Shown here piece by piece: positions 59,657 to 64,000 of a stretch of 64,000 bases of DNA. A program made the position numbers and the translations under genes. This stretch comes from an uncultured bacterium. GTDB taxonomy: Bacteria > Krumholzibacteriota > Krumholzibacteriia > JACNKJ01. Below the pieces are notes generated by a model that was given only the letters and a program-made list of their open reading frames with translations, did not search any database and was not told the DNA's origin. Location of the stretch: assembly GCA_963695095.1 (NCBI GenBank), contig CAVOFT010000001.1:1184001-1248000 (forward strand), in the 5' to 3' direction. Positions within the stretch are counted from its first letter, which is position 1; the number at the start of each line of letters is the position of its first letter.

Positions 59657-61552
59657 ATGAGCGAACACAGCGCGCGGCGGCGCATGCGGCGACTCAGCCA
59701 GGAGCTGAGCGGCGCCAATCTGCCCCGGGTCTGGGGCCGCCGCTCTTTCTGGCAGATCCGTCTGCGCTGGTGGGTGCCGCCGCTCATCCTGGGCACGGTC
59801 CTGCTTGCCCGCTTCGTCGGCTTCGGCTTCCCCGTGCGGCCGGTGCTCTTCACCGCCCTTGGCATCCTCAGCTACAATCTGCTGCTCACGATCGGCGTCC
59901 GCCGCCTGCGCGCGGACCTCGAGCGCCAGTCGGTCCGCGATCGGGGCTGGACCATCGCCGAGGTGGCGCTGGACTACGGCGCCATGTTCCTGCTCGTCTA
60001 CTTCACGGGGGGCGTGGCTAGCCCGCTGATCTTCTTTTTTCTCTTCCACATCATCTTCGCCGCCATCCAGTTCACGGCCAGCACGGCCTACGGCTTTGCC
60101 GGCGTGAGCGTCTTCGGTCTCTGGCTGCTCGCCCTGCTGGAGCTGGAGGGCGTCGTGGCCAGCCATCCGCTGCTCTGGCGCGGCCAGGTTCTCGAGTTGC
60201 TCGACTATCCCGGGCACCTGCTGGCCCTGCTGATCGTCTTCAGCACGACGGCGATCACGACGGCGATGCTGACCACGCGCATCATGGTCCGCCTGCGCCG
60301 GCGGGTGGGGGAACTGACTGCGGCAAGCCAGCAGGTACTCACGCTCAACGAGCGCTTCCACAGCCTCTACGCAATGCTGCGCGCCATCGGTTCCGCGCAT
60401 GAGCCGCAGGCCCTGCTCGATCTCGTGTGCCGCGAGCTGGCAGGCGTGATGGAAGTGCGAGTGGTGGCCGTCAAGCTGCTCAGCGAAGACGGTTGCCGCT
60501 TGAACTTCGTCGCCGCCGAGGGGCTATCCGCGGAGTTCCTGGCCGGCCAGGTAGTACGGCTCGCCGACAGTCCGCTCAATCAGCGGGTGATCGCCGGGGA
60601 GACCCTGGTCGAGGGGGACATCGACACGGAGGCCGCCTTCCAGCAGTACGAGGAGCTGCGCCGCCAGGGCATCCGCTCGCTGGCCTTCGCGCCGCTGCGC
60701 CTCGAATCCCGCGTGATCGGCGTTCTCAGCGCCTACTGCGACCGCCCCCAGCGCTTCACCAAGGACGACACTGCTTTCCTCAGTCTCGCCGCCGAGCTGG
60801 TCGCCGTGGCGATCGAGAACGCCCGCGCTCACGCCGCGGCGGAGCGCCTGCTCGCCGAGCGGTCCCAGTTCCTGCTGCGCGTCACCCACAACATGCGCTC
60901 CCCGCTGGCGGCAGCGCTCAGCCTGCTCTCTGCGGTGCGGGAGGGCATTCTCGGCGTCATCAGTCCGCGGCAGGATGAGTTCCTGCAGCGCATCGATCTG
61001 CGCCTGCGCAACCTGAACCAGACCATCGGCGAGCTGCTCACGCTCGCCCGCGGGCGCGAGCAGGGTGAGGTGGCGCCGCCGGCGCGCCTGGAGCCATCGC
61101 GGCTGGCGGCGCGGCTGAGCGAGCTCTTCGCCGAGCGGGCAGCGGCGAAGTCGCTGGAGCTGAGCATCGCGGTCGCCGACGGCAGCCCCGCGGTCATGGG
61201 CCGAGAGGAGGCCATCGGCCAGCTGCTCGAGAACCTCGTCTCCAATGCGGTCAAGTACACGGCGCCGGGCGGCTTCGTTCGGGTCGGCTTCCAGCCATCG
61301 CCGGCCGGTGAGCTGCGCATCGAGGTGCGCGACAGCGGCATCGGCATCCCGGCCGCCGAGCAGGTGGAGCTCTTCAGCGAGTTCTTCCGCGCCAGCAACG
61401 CCAAGAAGCTGGCCGAGGAAGGCACCGGCCTCGGCCTGGCCCTGGTCAAGCAGGCGGTGGAGCGGCATGGCGGCCGCCTCCACCTGGCCAGCGAAGAGGG
61501 GGTGGGCACCACCGTGGTCGTGGACCTGCCAGCGGCGGCCGAGAGCCCCTGA
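59657..61552 (+). CDS. Membrane GAF-domain sensor histidine kinase
   Basis: About 6 TM helices, GAF domain (SLAFAPL...IGVL...F), VTHNMRSPL, NLVSNAVKY, DSGIGI, GTGLGL. Confidence 0.9.
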   Translation: MSEHSARRRMRRLSQELSGANLPRVWGRRSFWQIRLRWWVPPLILGTVLLARFVGFGFPVRPVLFTALGILSYNLLLTIGVRRLRADLERQSVRDRGWTIAEVALDYGAMFLLVYFTGGVASPLIFFFLFHIIFAAIQFTASTAYGFAGVSVFGLWLLALLELEGVVASHPLLWRGQVLELLDYPGHLLALLIVFSTTAITTAMLTTRIMVRLRRRVGELTAASQQVLTLNERFHSLYAMLRAIGSAHEPQALLDLVCRELAGVMEVRVVAVKLLSEDGCRLNFVAAEGLSAEFLAGQVVRLADSPLNQRVIAGETLVEGDIDTEAAFQQYEELRRQGIRSLAFAPLRLESRVIGVLSAYCDRPQRFTKDDTAFLSLAAELVAVAIENARAHAAAERLLAERSQFLLRVTHNMRSPLAAALSLLSAVREGILGVISPRQDEFLQRIDLRLRNLNQTIGELLTLARGREQGEVAPPARLEPSRLAARLSELFAERAAAKSLELSIAVADGSPAVMGREEAIGQLLENLVSNAVKYTAPGGFVRVGFQPSPAGELRIEVRDSGIGIPAAEQVELFSEFFRASNAKKLAEEGTGLGLALVKQAVERHGGRLHLASEEGVGTTVVVDLPAAAESP

Positions 61553-61705
61553 CCCTTCGCCATGGCGCCGAACTCGCGAGATGGCGATCCGGCCAGCGAC
61601 ATGGGACAAATCATATCTGATTCCGTATCTGAATCTAATCCAAGAAGTTAGCACTGCTATCGGGCATGTTCCGCCCACGGTGTCCCGTTTTCCTGATTTC
61701 GGATC

Positions 61706-61752
61706 TTGACGACTCTCCGGCGTCGCCTACCTTGCCGTTACAAAAATAACGG
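61706..61752 (+). promoter_or_regulatory. sigma70 promoter with an adjacent Rex-like 18-bp operator
   Basis: TTGACG-N16-TACCTT (61706-61733), then palindrome CCGTTA-CAAAAA-TAACGG (61735-61752). Confidence 0.6.
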
Positions 61753-61790
61753 GGCGTCCACGGGCGGCCAGGAACAGCAGGGATCCGGCG

Positions 61791-62438
61791 ATGCGCGAGC
61801 GAAGCGGGCAGTGGTTGAGCGCAAAGGCCATCGGCCGGCTCAGCCTGTATCGGCGGATGCTGCAGGTGCTCGAACTGCACGGCGTGGAGGCCGTCTTCTC
61901 CCACGAGCTGGCCACGCTGGCCGGCACCACGCCCTCGCAGGTGCGGCGGGACCTGATGAGCGTCGAGAGTCTGGGCACACCCAGCCAGGGCTACCCTGTG
62001 CTGGCGACGAGCCAGGCGATCGCATCGCTCCTGATCGGCGAGGCGAAGCAGCGCGTCATCCTCGTCGGCGTCGGCAGTCTGGGCCGCGCGGTTCTGCACT
62101 ATTTCCAGCGCAATCATCCGCACCTCGAACTGGCGGCCGTCTTCGACAGCGACCCCGCGAAGGTGGGTCGCCAGATCGACGGCACGCTCGTCCACGGCAT
62201 CGCCGAGCTGGCAAGCCTGGTGGCGGAGCTTCAGGTGCGCACGGCCATCCTCACGCTCACCGCCGAGGGCGCGCAGGAGACGGCCGATCGACTTGTCAGC
62301 TGCGGCATCGTCAGCATGCTGAATTTCACTAACGTCAGGCTGCGTGTCCGCGAGGGCGTCTACGTGGAGAACACGGACATCGGCATCGCTCTCGAGCGTG
62401 TGGCCTATTACGGGCAACGGGCGGCAGAGGAGGACTAA
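61791..62438 (+). CDS. rex: Redox-sensing transcriptional repressor Rex
   Basis: AIGRLSLYRRML, SHELA...SQVRRDL, GYPV, VGVGSLGRA, FDSDPAKVG, LNFT. Confidence 0.93.
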   Translation: MRERSGQWLSAKAIGRLSLYRRMLQVLELHGVEAVFSHELATLAGTTPSQVRRDLMSVESLGTPSQGYPVLATSQAIASLLIGEAKQRVILVGVGSLGRAVLHYFQRNHPHLELAAVFDSDPAKVGRQIDGTLVHGIAELASLVAELQVRTAILTLTAEGAQETADRLVSCGIVSMLNFTNVRLRVREGVYVENTDIGIALERVAYYGQRAAEED

Positions 62439-62441
62439 CGC

Positions 62442-62930
62442 ATGAGCGCCACGGTCGAGAGCATTCTGGCCCGGCACCGGGACGCAGGGCGCGAGGCCCT
62501 GATCCCGCTGCTCCAGGAGCTGCAGGAAGTGGAGGGGTTCATCTCGGAGGCGGCGGTGATGGCCATCGGCCAGCACCTGCACTTGCCGGCCAGCAAGATC
62601 TACGGGGTGGCCACCTTCTACAACCAGTTCCGCTTCCAGCCGCGCGGCCGCTACCACGTCATGGTCTGCCGGGGCACGGCTTGCCACGTGAAGAACTCCG
62701 CCCGCGTGCTGGATACCGTCCGCCGCGTGCTCAAGCTCGAGCCGGGGCAGACCTCGCGCGACCGGCTCTTCAGCCTCGAGGTCGTCGCCTGCATGGGCGC
62801 CTGCGGCCTGTCGCCGGTGATCAACATCAACGGCGAGTTCTACGCCAAGGTGACGCCGCGCAAAGTGGAGCAGATCATCGAGGAGTGCCGGTGCGAAGTG
62901 CGCGCAGACGAGGAGGCGACCCATGTCTAA
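62442..62930 (+). CDS. NuoE-like 2Fe-2S subunit (HydC/HndA/HoxE type)
   Basis: LIPLLQELQ, YGVATFY, VCRGTACHV, ACMGACGLSPV. Confidence 0.93.
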   Translation: MSATVESILARHRDAGREALIPLLQELQEVEGFISEAAVMAIGQHLHLPASKIYGVATFYNQFRFQPRGRYHVMVCRGTACHVKNSARVLDTVRRVLKLEPGQTSRDRLFSLEVVACMGACGLSPVININGEFYAKVTPRKVEQIIEECRCEVRADEEATHV

Positions 62931-64000
62931 GTTCCCGCAGGGCGCCGTCCCCAGCGCCACGATCGGCTGCTGGCAGCCGCCGACCGCGCCCCGTTCCGGG
63001 CTGCTGGCTGCGCTCAAGGCGGGGCCCTTTTCCCGCGTCGACGGAGGCCGGCCGGGTACGGCCGAGCTCATCGCCCGCCTGCGCCGGGAGCGCCTGGAGC
63101 GCCCGGCCATCTTCGTCGGCGCCGGCACCTGCGGCCTCGGCGCGGGCGCCGAGAAGACCATTGGCGCCATCCAGACCTGGCTGGCCGAGACGGGCCAGGC
63201 GGCGGACCTGGTCCGCGTGGGCTGTATCGGCCTCTGCTCGGAGGAGCCCATCGTCGACATCCAGCTGCCGGGGCGCGCGCGCGTCAGCTTCGGCCCCGTC
63301 ATGGCCGACGGCGTTCCCGCCCTGCTCGACGCGGTGATCGCGCAGGGCAGGATCCCGACCGCTGGCCGGCTGGGGCAGTTCGAGGCCGCAGGCCTCGCGC
63401 CCTGGGCGGAGGTGCCCCGCCTGGCCGACCACCCCTTCCTGCGCCTGCAGAAACGCTGGGTGCTGGCCGGCAGCGGCATCATCGAGCCCGACAACATCGA
63501 CGAGTACATCGCGCGCGGCGGCTACTCGGCGGCCTACACGACGCTGCGCGAGCTCGATCCGGATACGGTCTGCGACATCGTCGAGCGCAGCGGCCTGCGC
63601 GGCCGCGGTGGCGGCGGCTTTCCGACCGGCCGCAAGTGGAAGCTGGCCCGCGCCGCCGGCGGCGAGCACAAGTACCTGATCTGCAACGCGGACGAAGGCG
63701 ATCCAGGCGCTTTCATGGACCGGGCGGTCTGCGAGAGCGACCCACACCGCCTGCTCGAGGGCATTCTCATCGCGGCCTATGGGATCGGCGCCGAGGAGGC
63801 GGTCATCTACATTCGCGCCGAGTACCCTCTGGCCGTGCAGCGCCTGCGCGACGCGATCGCCCGGGCTGAGGTCTATGGCCTCCTCGGTGAGCGCATCCTC
63901 GGCAGCGACTACTCGCTCAAGGTCAAGATCAAGATGGGCGCCGGCGCCTTCGTCTGCGGCGAGGAGACAGCTCTCATCCACAGCATCGAGGGCAAGCGGG
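62923..64000 (+). CDS. NuoF-like flavin subunit with N-terminal thioredoxin-like 2Fe-2S domain (HydB/HoxF type); partial
   Basis: GAGTCGLGAGA, GCIGLCSEEP, SGLRGRGGGGFPTG, ICNADEGDPGAFMDR, YIRAEYPLA, GAGAFVCGEETAL. Confidence 0.93.
   Translation, partial: MSKFPQGAVPSATIGCWQPPTAPRSGLLAALKAGPFSRVDGGRPGTAELIARLRRERLERPAIFVGAGTCGLGAGAEKTIGAIQTWLAETGQAADLVRVGCIGLCSEEPIVDIQLPGRARVSFGPVMADGVPALLDAVIAQGRIPTAGRLGQFEAAGLAPWAEVPRLADHPFLRLQKRWVLAGSGIIEPDNIDEYIARGGYSAAYTTLRELDPDTVCDIVERSGLRGRGGGGFPTGRKWKLARAAGGEHKYLICNADEGDPGAFMDRAVCESDPHRLLEGILIAAYGIGAEEAVIYIRAEYPLAVQRLRDAIARAEVYGLLGERILGSDYSLKVKIKMGAGAFVCGEETALIHSIEGKR

Overview
GC-rich bacterial chromosomal segment. Six secreted proteins carry a C-terminal PNPF../FlgD-Ig domain and two carry a 'TWxxIKxL(F/Y)'-type tail, which suggests an FCB-related lineage such as Krumholzibacteriota, Latescibacterota or Eisenbacteria (inference). 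The assembly contains some indel errors (glmL-like gene, rhodanese, hypE). Contents in order: a glmL-like fragment, an LmtA/ICMT-like methyltransferase, rpmB, a peptidase cluster (M16 pair, M1, M14) with a two-component system, several secreted proteins, an orphan PilB/GspE-type ATPase coupled to a double-domain KaiC-like ATPase, acetoacetate-CoA ligase, an ECF sigma/anti-sigma locus, corA, mscS, fumC, a tetraheme cytochrome-FeS-NrfD module, a TetR-TolC-HlyD-ABC efflux operon, dedA, ettA, tRNA-fMet, hypFCDEAB, a GAF kinase, rex and the start of a NuoE/NuoF-like (HydC/HydB) operon. Main discovery: two unrelated secreted proteins are split in the ORF track by a single in-frame TGA. They are an 8-blade beta-propeller with a C-V-G-TGA (CxxU) loop (18546-20201) and a CBM6/35-like protein (51232-51828). 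In both, the frame continues cleanly to a C-terminal sorting signal and a SECIS-like hairpin starts 17 nt after the UGA. They are candidate new exported selenoprotein families. A third secreted gene has an in-frame TAG. No sel genes are visible in the window, so the selenocysteine reading is untested.
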